Part shown: positions 1 to 9,067 of the stretch, one piece after another
Layout of the letters: each line of letters starts with the position of its first letter
Numbering within the stretch: the stretch's first letter is position 1
Source of the DNA: a virus
Lineage: Duplodnaviria > Heunggongvirae > Uroviricota > Caudoviricetes
Direction: 5' to 3' (one strand)
IMG/VR virus record: IMGVR_UViG_2529292726_000025
Location: 1 to 32,158 of that record
Length of the DNA: 32,158 nt
The notes under the pieces: generated by a model
Database searches by the model: none
Told to the model about the DNA's origin: nothing
What the model saw: only the letters and a program-made list of their open reading frames with translations
Translations under genes and position numbers: made by a program

Positions 1-1236
1 CTACGATAACCGCGCATTCAACATGGCTATCTGTTCGTCGTTCATGTCATCAATCCACATACCGTAAATTTCATACCCCATCTGCGCAGTTTCATGCCCC
101 ATTTGGCTGGCTATAAATGCCGGGTTCGCTCCTGCCGTCAACAGCCAGCAGGCAAAAGTATGCCGCGTATGGTACGGATTACGGCGGCGAATACCAGCAC
201 GTTTTACTGCTGCATTCCACCTTGCCCCCAAACTGCTTACCGAGTAATAAGGTTTTTGTTTTCCGTTACACACCCTGGGCATGAAAACAAAATGCAGTTT
301 TTGCTTTTCGGTTCTGCCGTACTCCCGATGATAAAAGGTGATTTCGCTTTTGCGATGATGCCCGGTCAGTTTGTATTGCTCCTTCAGTGCTTCAAGAGCA
401 GGCTGCAGTAGTGTTACTGTTCGGATCCCGGCATTTGTTTTTGGGGGACCGAACATATCAAGTATCGTCAGGTTTCTTCTGACATTCCCTATTCCCTTTT
501 CGAGATCCACATCCTCCCACGCCAGAGCTGCCAGTTCCCCGTGACGAAGTCCTGAGTAAACGGCAAATTTCCACAAGTTCTGGCTCTGTCCTTTTTCACT
601 TTCCATTAATGCATTGAATTCTGTTTTAGATAACGGATCAGGCTTTATTCTGTTTCGCTGTAATTTTTTTACTCCTTCAAATGGTTTAGTTGATATAAAT
701 CCCGACTGATACGCAAAACGCAACAGCGAACAGAGCAGGGCGATATAGTTATCAACTGTGCGCACGGTTCTTCCTTTTTTGTTGGATCTTGGATTATCCA
801 GGTAAAGCGTTTCTCCATGCAGCAGTTCATTCCGGTAGTTTAAGATATCGCTATAACGAATATGTGATATCGGGGTACTTTCACAAATTATTATTCTGAG
901 TGTTTTTAATTGTGATTTCGTTTTCTTCATTGTGTTTGTTGTTAACTCTGTCTCTTTAATTTTTGTCCAGATATCACAAAGCTCTCCGAACGTTTTTATG
1001 ACTCTCGTTGTCACCATTTTTGCCCCAGTGCTGGACTGGGGAAAACGTCTTAAATACTCAAATTCACCGGAGTTTATTTCATGAACTATCAGCGATCTTA
1101 AATTTCCGGCCTTTTTAATATTACTGTTTGTAATCTCCCAGCCTTTTAATGTTTCCCGACATCGTTTTCCTCGAAACATGAACCAGATGCGAATGTATCT
1201 ACCTCTAATCTCGACACCTGTTGGTAATTTAGACAT
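1..1236 (-). CDS. intR: Phage integrase, tyrosine recombinase (Rac IntR-like), complete 411 aa
   Basis: Full ORF with stop at window start. C-terminal catalytic signature NPYHTRHTFACW...YEIYGMW (HxxR...Y). Followed by xis, ralR, recT, recE in Rac-prophage order. Confidence 0.88.
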   Translation of the reverse strand: MSKLPTGVEIRGRYIRIWFMFRGKRCRETLKGWEITNSNIKKAGNLRSLIVHEINSGEFEYLRRFPQSSTGAKMVTTRVIKTFGELCDIWTKIKETELTTNTMKKTKSQLKTLRIIICESTPISHIRYSDILNYRNELLHGETLYLDNPRSNKKGRTVRTVDNYIALLCSLLRFAYQSGFISTKPFEGVKKLQRNRIKPDPLSKTEFNALMESEKGQSQNLWKFAVYSGLRHGELAALAWEDVDLEKGIGNVRRNLTILDMFGPPKTNAGIRTVTLLQPALEALKEQYKLTGHHRKSEITFYHREYGRTEKQKLHFVFMPRVCNGKQKPYYSVSSLGARWNAAVKRAGIRRRNPYHTRHTFACWLLTAGANPAFIASQMGHETAQMGYEIYGMWIDDMNDEQIAMLNARLS

Positions 1237-1237
1237 A

Positions 1238-1453
1238 TCATGAGTCTTTGATAAACTGATTTATCTTTGGATAGTTGTACCAGATAATCCCTCGTTTGCT
1301 GTCTGGCTTACCTAAAGGAGATACTCGTTTGAAGTGGAAGCCCTCCACCCAACAGTTCTGGCGGTATGCTTCAATTTGTCTGGCCCCCAGACCAGTGCGA
1401 AGCATCAGGCCGTATTCAACCATCCACTCTTCATTAAAGATTACTTGTGCCAT
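1238..1453 (-). CDS. Excisionase-like small DNA-binding protein (XisR/YdaQ-like)
   Basis: 71-aa ORF ([15 protein letters not shown]...) immediately upstream of int on the same strand, the typical int-xis arrangement. Start chosen at internal ATG 1453; the track ORF extends to 1477. Confidence 0.6.
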   Translation of the reverse strand: MAQVIFNEEWMVEYGLMLRTGLGARQIEAYRQNCWVEGFHFKRVSPLGKPDSKRGIIWYNYPKINQFIKDS

Positions 1454-1531
1454 CGCATCACCTCTGGCAGGCGCCAATGTTAGACTGAAATTGACGCCCG
1501 ATGTTGATTATTAATAATCAGCTATGAAGTT

Positions 1532-1753
1532 TTAATTTGAATACAATGCAATTCTCGAGGACTGAAGTTTCTCGCAATTAAAATTTATCAGTTTTACTTT
1601 CTGCTCTCTGGAAACGCCTGCTTCTTTTTTACCTGAGAGCATTTTTTCGCATTCTGATTTCGTTAGTTTAGATTTTGAATATCTTGTCCAGTTAGTAGGA
1701 GTGCCACCTTCCTTTTCAATAGTGGCGGTAATTTTATACATGAACACCTCCAT
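1532..1753 (-). CDS. Small prophage protein (YdaC-like), hypothetical
   Basis: ORF between xis and ralR in Rac-like synteny. Start ambiguous (1813, 1753 or 1741); overlaps the ralR 3' end. Confidence 0.4.
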   Translation of the reverse strand: MEVFMYKITATIEKEGGTPTNWTRYSKSKLTKSECEKMLSGKKEAGVSREQKVKLINFNCEKLQSSRIALYSN

Positions 1754-1928
1754 TATTATTTCCAGTGGTTCGTTTATTCCATCTTTCGAGTGCTTCTTTT
1801 TCACTTCCACCATAACCGGTTCGGGATTCGCATCCGTTACACTTCGCTCGGTAATATCCTGAAATGGCTTTCACCGTTACTGATGGACAACCACAAAATG
1901 GACATGGTTTAACATTGTCATATCTCAT
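1734..1928 (-). CDS. ralR: RalR/Lar-like restriction-alleviation protein and type I toxin candidate, 64 aa
   Basis: Sequence MRYDNVKPCPFCGCPSVTVKAISGYYRAKCNGCESRTGYGGSEKEALERWNKRT with a Cys4 zinc-ribbon-like pattern. Located directly downstream of recT as in Rac. Confidence 0.72.
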   Translation of the reverse strand: MRYDNVKPCPFCGCPSVTVKAISGYYRAKCNGCESRTGYGGSEKEALERWNKRTTGNNNGGVHV

Positions 1929-1984
1929 AATTTTTCTCATAAAAAATATTTCAAGTTGGCGGTGCATTACACCGCCAGGCTGAA

Positions 1985-2794
1985 TTATTCCTCTGAATTA
2001 TCGATTACACTGTATTCCCCGGTTAATACAGAGGAATCTGCAGGATCGATTGTCAGTGGTTCCTTTTCATCCATTGATACTGCACGCTGGATCTCAATTG
2101 ATACGGGCAGATATTTGAACAGGCGACGAATAGCCGTTTTCTTTGCCATTTCTTCCCAGTGAGTTACCCACGGCCCGTTATTACCAGCTTTACTCAGGCT
2201 GCGCACCAGCTCAATCTGTTTGCGCGTCATAACTTCAAACTGAGTACCTCCGTCTTTCAGTCTTGCGACAGCATAGACGTGGGTAACCGGGGCATCTTCG
2301 TTTTCTCCCGGGCGGTGTATTAACTTTTCATCAAGGCCAAATTCGAAGCTAAACTCGTCACCTTCACGGACAACACGGGCTGACAGGCTGGCGATTTGAC
2401 CAGAACGGCGAGCCAGATCAATCATGCCGCGATAGCCAATGATTAGCTGAACGTTCTTTTTACCGCTCTTTTCGTTTTTATTACCAAAAGGCAGTAAATA
2501 TGCATGACCGAGGGCGCTACCTGGCTCAAGTCCGAGCTGTGAACACTGTACGATCGCACTGACAAAACTCATAGTGTCACAGTTTCCTAACGCCGGAACT
2601 TTACGAATTTCTGTGGTGGCGATACGGATCATACGTTCAGCCGTCATATGGCGTGGAAGAGCTGCTGCCAGTTGCTCTTTCATTGATGGCTGGTTAATAA
2701 AACTAATCACGTCGCTATTTTTAACTGCTGCTGGTGCACGGTTTCCCTGAGTTTTTTGCAGATCGGCTTTTGCGATTGGTGGTTGCTTAGTCAT
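1985..2794 (-). CDS. recT: RecT single-strand annealing recombinase, 269 aa
   Basis: Begins [35 protein letters not shown] and runs full length. Start overlaps the recE stop, indicating an operon. Confidence 0.9.
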   Translation of the reverse strand: MTKQPPIAKADLQKTQGNRAPAAVKNSDVISFINQPSMKEQLAAALPRHMTAERMIRIATTEIRKVPALGNCDTMSFVSAIVQCSQLGLEPGSALGHAYLLPFGNKNEKSGKKNVQLIIGYRGMIDLARRSGQIASLSARVVREGDEFSFEFGLDEKLIHRPGENEDAPVTHVYAVARLKDGGTQFEVMTRKQIELVRSLSKAGNNGPWVTHWEEMAKKTAIRRLFKYLPVSIEIQRAVSMDEKEPLTIDPADSSVLTGEYSVIDNSEE

Positions 2795-5450
2795 TTGCAT
2801 ATTCCTTAGCCCAGCGGGGCAGTGATAATGTCTTAATAGCTGGCCATTCATCGGTATTCAGGCAGTCAGACAGGGTTCGCAGATTGCGGTGATATTCCTG
2901 TTGACCTGCCAGTTTTGCTTCTTCGCCCATCATGAAAATTTCAACCGGATAACGTCCGCATTCAATAGTTGTGCTGGCAACCAGAAAAACGAAAGTTGGC
3001 TGCACTCCAAACTGTGCTTCATAACCGTCACTGTAGAATGCATCCTGAACGTGATAGCGGTAGTCGTAATAAGCGGTTTTGAATCGTTGAATATCCGCCG
3101 TAGTTTTCACGTCCATGATCCAGTGAAATTCAGGGATAATTTTGTCCGGACGGCACCGACACAAAATTCCTGTTTCAGGATCTTCCCAGTAAATTGATGA
3201 TTCAGCGTGTCCGGCGCTTTCAACAAGCCATTGCCCCAGCGGCAAAGCCATAACGCTTTGATACATGAGTTCAATTTTCCGGCCTTCTTCCGCAGTGATA
3301 ACCGTTTTTCCTGTGCTTGCGCATTCCATCAGAAACGCTTTCTCTTCTTCTTTTCCGGCGTTTGTACGGCGGTTAAATTCAGGTGCTACGATAAAGCGGT
3401 TACTGAATTCTTCCGGTTCAAGTACCCGGCAGTGGAAAGCAGTTCCTAAATCGAGCGTTTTTGTCTTTGTGGTGTCCACGGGGGCATTTTTACGCCACAA
3501 ATATAGTGCCGGAGTATCAGCAATGTCATCGAGCTGAGACTTACTGATACCGGGACCCGCGTGGTAATTCTCATTCGAAATTCCGTAATAAATACCTGGC
3601 TCTATGTCTTCTACGATTACGGGATCTGCGACTTCGCCAGTTTCATCACTGCAATCGCGATGCGGATCGCTGCCAGCATTCTCATTGTGCGGATGTTCAG
3701 CGCCTTCCATTTCCTCCGGATCATTTTCCTTAGCTTCAACCTGACTCTCTTCATCGAATGTTTCCTGGTATGTTGCGTCGCCCATCACCGCACCACAGTC
3801 AGGGCAGTTATCCCCGCCAGTCTGGCCGCAGGCATTGCAGGCTATTTCCGGTTCCTGTTGCACTACTGGCTCAGGTTGATTCATATCTGGGCTGGTTTTT
3901 TCCGTTTCTGGCTGGTTCTGGTACACACAATCGCGAGTCTGGATCCCCTTTACCCATTTCGGATCGTTCGGGTCGCTAATTCCGTCAACAAATTCACCAC
4001 GTGATGCAGCAAGCAACTTATTGGCGTCAGGCTGGCTGATATTGGCTGCCTGCATAATTTTGTTTACTTCGTCAGCGGTAACTTTTACCGGCTCTGGTTG
4101 TGCGATCGTGTCAGATGCACCAGTATTTTGTTGTGAACCTGAGTACGTGCCGTTTTTACGTGCGAAGTATTCCTCTTTTGTGATTTCCGTAGCTCCCAGG
4201 GCCAGTGCTTTTTCCAGACCAGAAAGTTTGTTTGCGCGACCGTATTTTTCGCCGTCCTTATCGGTGAAAAGGAAGTAGAACGGTCCCTCACGCTCTACAG
4301 ATGGTTCGTCTTCCACTTCGCATTCGGTTTTTTCGTTGTCCGGCATTGCCGTTTCCACTGCATCAGTTTCTGGTACTGGTGACGGGAGAGTACCAGCTGT
4401 GCCCTGATTTGTTCCTTCGTCATCTTCAAACACGCCCTTGGTAGTCAGGTATTCAGTGATGTATTTGTTCAGTGCTACGGGATCTTTGTGAATGTCGATC
4501 GGACGCTCACGGACAAGGCCAAAAATAGTCTGACGGTCGTAGCGAACGGCATCGGGTTGTTTGCGCATTGATGCGGAAATGCGCTTCCAGTCTTCGCGAT
4601 CTTTGTCGATAACTTCATTTTTTGCCCAGCGATGGATGCTGCCGTCAATGTTTCCGGTATCAATATCGCCAGGCCAGAGAGCGTAGGCCAGTTCTTCATC
4701 CAGCGTTTTCCATGTCTGCTTGTATTCGCGACAAATGGCGGCAGTGACTGGGTTGATTTTTCCTGCTGAGTTTTCAGTGTTCTGTTGATTGACTCTGGCG
4801 CTGGCGAGATCAACAACAGACGTGTATTTTCCAGTCTCTTTGCGCTCTGCGTCCTGCCGTTTTTTCCAGTTACGTAATTCAGCCTGAATTTCGGGCCATT
4901 TGGCACCCGGATTACATTTGTGTTTAACCCATCCGATAGCGAACAGTTTGCGTTCCGGATACATAGCGTTAATTTCAGGCGTTTTCATCAGTGCTTCAAC
5001 GATATGCCCGTCAAAGGTAGCAACGTCTTCCTGCAGTAATTCCTGCGCGTCAATCGCCATATCAACGGTGATGTTTTCACATGTACCGAACTTAACCAGG
5101 ACCGCGTTCTGTACTTCAAGGGACAGCTTGTCAAAATTGACGTTCATCGGATCGGATTCTGGTTCGACCGGAATAAAGGAAGCGGATTCCTCATCCCAGC
5201 GGTTTTCCTGCATATATTCAGCATCCCAGGAATCGAGGGCAGGGCGGGGTATACCGGGTTTATCCTCGCAAACAAGAAATTTATAAGCGCAGTCCTGAGC
5301 AGCCGGATAATGTTCCAGGAATTGCCAGTGAAATTTTGCGCGGGCGCGACGTTCATCACCGGCTTCAATGGCAGTGGCTACAGCGACGGCACCTTCTTCC
5401 TTTATTGCCTGTTCGTCCGGAATGGCGGCGCAAATAAAGACTTTACTCAT
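2787..5450 (-). CDS. recE: RecE exodeoxyribonuclease VIII-like 5'-3' dsDNA exonuclease, 887 aa
   Basis: Very long ORF partnered with recT. The C-terminal two thirds match my recollection of RecE (...[30 protein letters not shown]...[23 protein letters not shown]...). The N-terminal region is acidic and divergent. Confidence 0.85.
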   Translation of the reverse strand: MSKVFICAAIPDEQAIKEEGAVAVATAIEAGDERRARAKFHWQFLEHYPAAQDCAYKFLVCEDKPGIPRPALDSWDAEYMQENRWDEESASFIPVEPESDPMNVNFDKLSLEVQNAVLVKFGTCENITVDMAIDAQELLQEDVATFDGHIVEALMKTPEINAMYPERKLFAIGWVKHKCNPGAKWPEIQAELRNWKKRQDAERKETGKYTSVVDLASARVNQQNTENSAGKINPVTAAICREYKQTWKTLDEELAYALWPGDIDTGNIDGSIHRWAKNEVIDKDREDWKRISASMRKQPDAVRYDRQTIFGLVRERPIDIHKDPVALNKYITEYLTTKGVFEDDEGTNQGTAGTLPSPVPETDAVETAMPDNEKTECEVEDEPSVEREGPFYFLFTDKDGEKYGRANKLSGLEKALALGATEITKEEYFARKNGTYSGSQQNTGASDTIAQPEPVKVTADEVNKIMQAANISQPDANKLLAASRGEFVDGISDPNDPKWVKGIQTRDCVYQNQPETEKTSPDMNQPEPVVQQEPEIACNACGQTGGDNCPDCGAVMGDATYQETFDEESQVEAKENDPEEMEGAEHPHNENAGSDPHRDCSDETGEVADPVIVEDIEPGIYYGISNENYHAGPGISKSQLDDIADTPALYLWRKNAPVDTTKTKTLDLGTAFHCRVLEPEEFSNRFIVAPEFNRRTNAGKEEEKAFLMECASTGKTVITAEEGRKIELMYQSVMALPLGQWLVESAGHAESSIYWEDPETGILCRCRPDKIIPEFHWIMDVKTTADIQRFKTAYYDYRYHVQDAFYSDGYEAQFGVQPTFVFLVASTTIECGRYPVEIFMMGEEAKLAGQQEYHRNLRTLSDCLNTDEWPAIKTLSLPRWAKEYAND

Positions 5451-5545
5451 TTTGTTTTAACCTCATTACAGATTTCAGGGTGAACGAATCCCTGCCATTG
5501 CTGGCATTTTTAATCCGTTGGTATGGTGTTAATATGGCTGGAGGG

Positions 5546-5734
5546 TTATCCAGCCGGTGTTTCGTTATTCAGGTACAGCGATACTTTTTTTAGCGGGAGG
5601 CATTCACCAGAAATTTTTTGCTCGTCTCTTGCCTGGAGGCAGGATTCTTTACTTGCATAAATTCCGGTAATCACATTCTGTGATTCACCCGTTATAAGAA
5701 AAACCGTCATCATCAGTGCAAATGCTGAAGTCAT
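5546..5734 (-). CDS. Small protein with hydrophobic N-terminus (YdfD-like), 62 aa
   Basis: ORF overlapping the dicB-like stop by 4 nt. N-terminal hydrophobic segment MTSAFALMMTVFLITG. Confidence 0.45.
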   Translation of the reverse strand: MTSAFALMMTVFLITGESQNVITGIYASKESCLQARDEQKISGECLPLKKVSLYLNNETPAG

Positions 5735-5919
5735 TGACGTTCTCCGAAAATACCAAGTTCAAGAAGAGCAATTCGGGAAAGTATGGAATTATCATTGAGC
5801 AGATAAGGCTCATATTTCCTCATATTAATGGCATCTTCAGTAAACTCCCGGTTACTGAGCAGAACACCAATATCAAAACAACCTTCAGACGTATTAACGT
5901 TTGGTAATAACGTTTCCAT
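5731..5919 (-). CDS. dicB: DicB-like cell-division inhibitor, 62 aa
   Basis: METLLPNVNTSEGCFDIGV...FTEDAIN closely resembles my recollection of DicB (MKTLLPNVNTSEGCFEIGV...). Shine-Dalgarno GAGGA 7 nt upstream. Lies downstream of a DicF-like sRNA signature. Confidence 0.6.
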   Translation of the reverse strand: METLLPNVNTSEGCFDIGVLLSNREFTEDAINMRKYEPYLLNDNSILSRIALLELGIFGERQ

Positions 5920-6095
5920 TATCGCGTCCTCAACAATGAATTTTGTGATGCAGTGCCTGGTGCCTCCAGGTGACGTTAACCAGTTAACAATTAACGCCGG
6001 ATTAGTTGATGCTCGTTACGCCCGTAAAATACCGCCTTACTGCTTTAACTGTTCCGCGTGCGCATAGCCGCATTCACCGCATCACAAAATTCACT

Positions 6096-6137
6096 TTAAA
6101 AAGGGCGGATATCCGTTTCCGCCGAATCACCAGAAAA
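6096..6137 (-). ncRNA. dicF: DicF-like small RNA candidate
   Basis: Minus-strand sequence UUUUCUGGUGAUUCGGCGGAAACGGAUAUCCGCCCUUUUU. It has the DicF-type 5' motif UUUCUGGUGA, then a GGCGGA/UCCGCC hairpin and a U-run. Sits between ydfABC-like genes and dicB-like, as in Qin. Confidence 0.5.
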
Positions 6138-6438
6138 GTGATAACAGAGGGCGTTGCTGCGGGGTTGTCACTTAAGCGTATGGTCAACCTGACAACCCGG
6201 TGTCCTCAGCGGGGAAGGAATAACCCCGCCATACTTACCGCCGCGCCATTTCGCGGATTGCCACAACCGGAAGCGCACGGTCGAATTAAATTTAACGACT
6301 ACCTACAGAGAGACGAACTTCGCCGTGCGCTTTCGCGTTATGCCCTGACTTTTCAGGGATATATCCTTTTCAGTAAACTGTCAGTGCCGGATTCTTATCC
6401 GTGTCCGGCGCACGCACTCTACCTCACCTGTGAATAAA

Positions 6439-6813
6439 TTAATGATTAATTGATATTTTGTTGTTTGATTCAACTTTCCCATCGGATGTGTGATGCTTTA
6501 AATCACAGGAATTAATACTGCTTGCTGTAAAATGATTTTCAAGGGGAGCTATTCGAATCCCTTTCTTTTTCATTAACAAGCCAAATCCTTTATTAAGGAT
6601 GTCCATTAATTCCAGGAAGTATTTTTCATGTAAATCCTGGTTATCAGAGAGCTGCTTCTCTTCGCACAGACCGATAAAGGCACGACGCACGTTACCGGAT
6701 ATAGTATCGATGGTTTCTTTTTCTACGGTACTCAGGTCAAGAGTCGCCAGTTGGGAACGAACTATATTCGCTGCCATTTCCTGGAATTGCATTGGTAAAT
6801 CTTTAAATTCCAT
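6439..6813 (-). CDS. Hypothetical protein, 124 aa
   Basis: ORF between the ydfC-like gene and the DicF-like region on the PL-like operon strand. No recognisable motifs; the C-terminal part is low-complexity. Confidence 0.35.
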   Translation of the reverse strand: MEFKDLPMQFQEMAANIVRSQLATLDLSTVEKETIDTISGNVRRAFIGLCEEKQLSDNQDLHEKYFLELMDILNKGFGLLMKKKGIRIAPLENHFTASSINSCDLKHHTSDGKVESNNKISINH

Positions 6814-6835
6814 TATTAGCCTCGTTGGTTAGCTA

Positions 6836-7054
6836 TTAACGCGGGCATGTAATCATTCTGGCAATGCTTAATGCCGCTGCTTTTTCCAGCCTGGTGATAT
6901 CCTGCTCCAGAGCGGACAGATTTTCAGCCTGCTTAGCCCTGGCTTCATTGGCCCATTTCAGGTCCTGCGCAGCCTTAATTTTCTGGTGCATCCACTCATA
7001 AAGTTCATCATCGGTATAGTCTGGCGCGATGATGACGGGTTCTCGTTTCTGCAT
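6836..7054 (-). CDS. YdfC-like small prophage protein, 72 aa
   Basis: 72-aa ORF (MQKREPVIIAPDYTDDELYEWMHQKIKAAQDLKW...) following ydfA-like and ydfB-like ORFs, in the Qin dicB-operon order. Confidence 0.5.
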   Translation of the reverse strand: MQKREPVIIAPDYTDDELYEWMHQKIKAAQDLKWANEARAKQAENLSALEQDITRLEKAAALSIARMITCPR

Positions 7055-7083
7055 ACTGATTCCTCGCGGTGCTGCTTCGCTTA

Positions 7084-7212
7084 TCAGCCGTTAGATTTTG
7101 CCGGGCTGGAAAGCGCCTGTATAAACTCACTGAAGCTGAGAGCTTCTTCGCCTTTGGCAAGGCCTTCGAAGTATTCTTCGTAAGCCTTTTCCATGATTGT
7201 GTCGAAATCCAT
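7084..7212 (-). CDS. YdfB-like small acidic protein, 42 aa (below the ORF-track cutoff)
   Basis: Found by manual translation of the minus strand: MDFDTIMEKAYEEYFEGLAKGEEALSFSEFIQALSSPAKSNG. Tightly packed between neighbouring genes. Confidence 0.45.
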   Translation of the reverse strand: MDFDTIMEKAYEEYFEGLAKGEEALSFSEFIQALSSPAKSNG

Positions 7213-7213
7213 A

Positions 7214-7369
7214 TCACTCACCTGAGTTTCTTTCCAGCCAGCGACGGGCACCATTTTCGGTTTTAAACGTTTTGCTTTTGGTATACGTCATCGCGGTGAA
7301 CGTACCGTCCTGGTTGGGGAACACGCCACATACCAGAGATTCGTTGTTGCCAAGATCGATAGTATCCAT
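7214..7369 (-). CDS. YdfA-like small protein, 51 aa
   Basis: Internal start of the 78-aa track ORF gives MDTIDLGNNESLVCGVFPNQDGTFTAMTYTKSKTFKTENGARRWLERNSGE. First gene of the leftward operon. Confidence 0.5.
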   Translation of the reverse strand: MDTIDLGNNESLVCGVFPNQDGTFTAMTYTKSKTFKTENGARRWLERNSGE

Positions 7370-7575
7370 GTTGACCTCATTTCCCCTTAACGCCGGGGTA
7401 GCGGAACAAAAACCTGCTGCATAGTTATTAAAGTTGAACCCTGCCGTCATGTTCTTACGCCTCGGGCTGGCTACTTAACCCCTGACCACTGCCGGGTAAC
7501 TCGAAGTATTGCCCTGCATTCTGTGGGGTGGAGTGAAGGAATGAATGAAGTTTAGAAAAATGAACTTTACAGGTC

Positions 7576-7597
7576 AATGTTTTTTTATCAAAACATT
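7576..7597. promoter_or_regulatory. Palindromic operator candidate (AATGTTTT-N6-AAAACATT) in the PL-like region
   Basis: Perfect 8-bp inverted repeat in the AT-rich gap between the repressor gene's 3' end and the first leftward gene. Confidence 0.35.
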
Positions 7598-7661
7598 TTA
7601 GGCAGGCAGCTGTTAAGCCATCACCACGATGGCATACAGTTAATCAAATAGATGAGGTTGG

Positions 7662-8300
7662 TTAAATATCTTGTTGAATTTTAAAGCATACGCCCAATAT
7701 GCAAGATAGATCATCCAGCATAATTGAAGGGTAGCGAGGATTCGTGGGGACTAAAAGAATATCCGGCCCTTCTATCTCCAGTTTACGAATGACAGGTGTT
7801 GTGGTCCCTTTGGGTAAGGCAAGGACAATATTTCCTGGTTGTACGGTTCGATCGGGATCAACAAAAACTGTTGAACCATTTGGGATGGAAACTCCTCCAC
7901 CAGATGTTGACATACTGTCACTCTCTAGAACAACTGCAAAGGTATTGGCCGGGATTTCTCCGACAAGCTGCACACAAGAGGTTATTGAGGAATTTTTCAT
8001 ATAATCACTCCAGCTTGCTGCCTGCTGAAGTGATAGTAGCGGAACCGTTTTTATCGGCGGTAAAGATAGATCAAGCGAATCACCTGTATTTAACTCTCCT
8101 CCATTAAGAAGCCAATTTTCGTTTACTTTCAATATCTTTGCCAGTGAACTTATGTAACGCGAGGACGGCGCTCCTCCACCGTTCATCCATTGACTTACGG
8201 AGCCTTTTGATGCGCCAGTGGCATTGACAAGGTCTTTGCCTTTCAGGTTTAGCGCATGCATACGTTGGGTTATGCGTTCAGATATTGTTTGCTTGCTCAT
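7662..8300 (-). CDS. CI-type prophage repressor: XRE helix-turn-helix plus S24 (LexA-like) peptidase domain, 212 aa
   Basis: N-terminal HTH (LKGKDLVNATGASKGSVSQWMNG) and C-terminal S24-like region containing the Ser/Lys dyad (LESDSMS... LALPKG...VIRKL). Divergent from a cro-like gene. Confidence 0.85.
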   Translation of the reverse strand: MSKQTISERITQRMHALNLKGKDLVNATGASKGSVSQWMNGGGAPSSRYISSLAKILKVNENWLLNGGELNTGDSLDLSLPPIKTVPLLSLQQAASWSDYMKNSSITSCVQLVGEIPANTFAVVLESDSMSTSGGGVSIPNGSTVFVDPDRTVQPGNIVLALPKGTTTPVIRKLEIEGPDILLVPTNPRYPSIMLDDLSCILGVCFKIQQDI

Positions 8301-8391
8301 GTTTTGATTTTAAAACACAGATGGTTTTGTTTCTTGACTTTCTTTGGTTTTGATTATTAAACTTTTGGCGTTCAGTTTTATGGAGCGACTC

Positions 8392-8622
8392 ATGAAAAAA
8401 TCAGAAGTATTAGGCTATTTTGGCGGAGTTGTTAAAACAGCCGCAGCTCTAGGAACGTCAAAAACCACAGTCAGCATGTGGGGGGAAGAGGTTCCGTGGA
8501 AATGGGCGTTGCTAATTCAGGCAGTCACTGCCGGGGCGCTCAAATATGAGTTACACATACCGACGGTTGTCATTCCCGGTTCTGATCATAATCCGCCTTC
8601 TAACCAAGGGGGGGATTCATGA
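8392..8622 (+). CDS. Cro/YdaS-like small HTH regulator, 76 aa
   Basis: Divergent from the repressor. Start ATG 8392 with GGAG Shine-Dalgarno. HTH-like segment VVKTAAALGTSKTTVSMW. Confidence 0.6.
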   Translation: MKKSEVLGYFGGVVKTAAALGTSKTTVSMWGEEVPWKWALLIQAVTAGALKYELHIPTVVIPGSDHNPPSNQGGDS

Positions 8623-9044
8623 AAATCAAGCATGAACACATCCGCATGGCGATGAATGCCTGGGCGCATCCGGACGGCGAGAAAGTACCGGCTGCAGAGA
8701 TTACCAAAGCGTATTTCGAGCTGGGAATGACGTTCCCGGAACTGTATGACGACAGCCATCCGGAAGCCCTGGCTCGCAATACCCAGAAAATTTTCCGCTG
8801 GGTAGAGAAAGACACCCCTGATGCAGTTGAAAAAATTCAGGCGTTGTTACCAGCGATCGAAAAGGCAATGCCACCTTTGCTGGTGGCCAGAATGCGCAGC
8901 CACAGTTCTGCTTATTTTCGGGAGCTGGTGGAGACGCGGGAGCGACTGGTGAGAGACGCTGATGATTTTGTCGCAGTGGCAATCGCCGGTTTCAATCAGA
9001 TGAACCGCGGTGGCCCGGCGGGAAATGCCGTGGTGATGCACTAA
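8619..9044 (+). CDS. YdaT-like protein (proposed CII-position regulator or toxin of Rac-type prophages), 141 aa
   Basis: ORF overlapping the cro-like stop. N-terminus MKIKHEHI as I recall for Rac YdaT. Sits in the cro / ydaT / O / dnaC order. Confidence 0.55.
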   Translation: MKIKHEHIRMAMNAWAHPDGEKVPAAEITKAYFELGMTFPELYDDSHPEALARNTQKIFRWVEKDTPDAVEKIQALLPAIEKAMPPLLVARMRSHSSAYFRELVETRERLVRDADDFVAVAIAGFNQMNRGGPAGNAVVMH

Positions 9045-9067
9045 AAGCACGGTGTTCGGAGTTTTTT

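Noticed and set aside
2889-5368. Multiple plus-strand ORFs (68-147 aa) across this span
   Set aside because: All lie antisense to the long, well-supported recE gene. Their compositions are low-complexity with no start signals, so they are shadow ORFs.
6006-6437. 143-aa Arg-rich plus-strand ORF
   Set aside because: Arg/Pro-rich junk-like composition with no ribosome-binding site. The region is better explained by the minus-strand DicF-like RNA and hairpin-rich leader.
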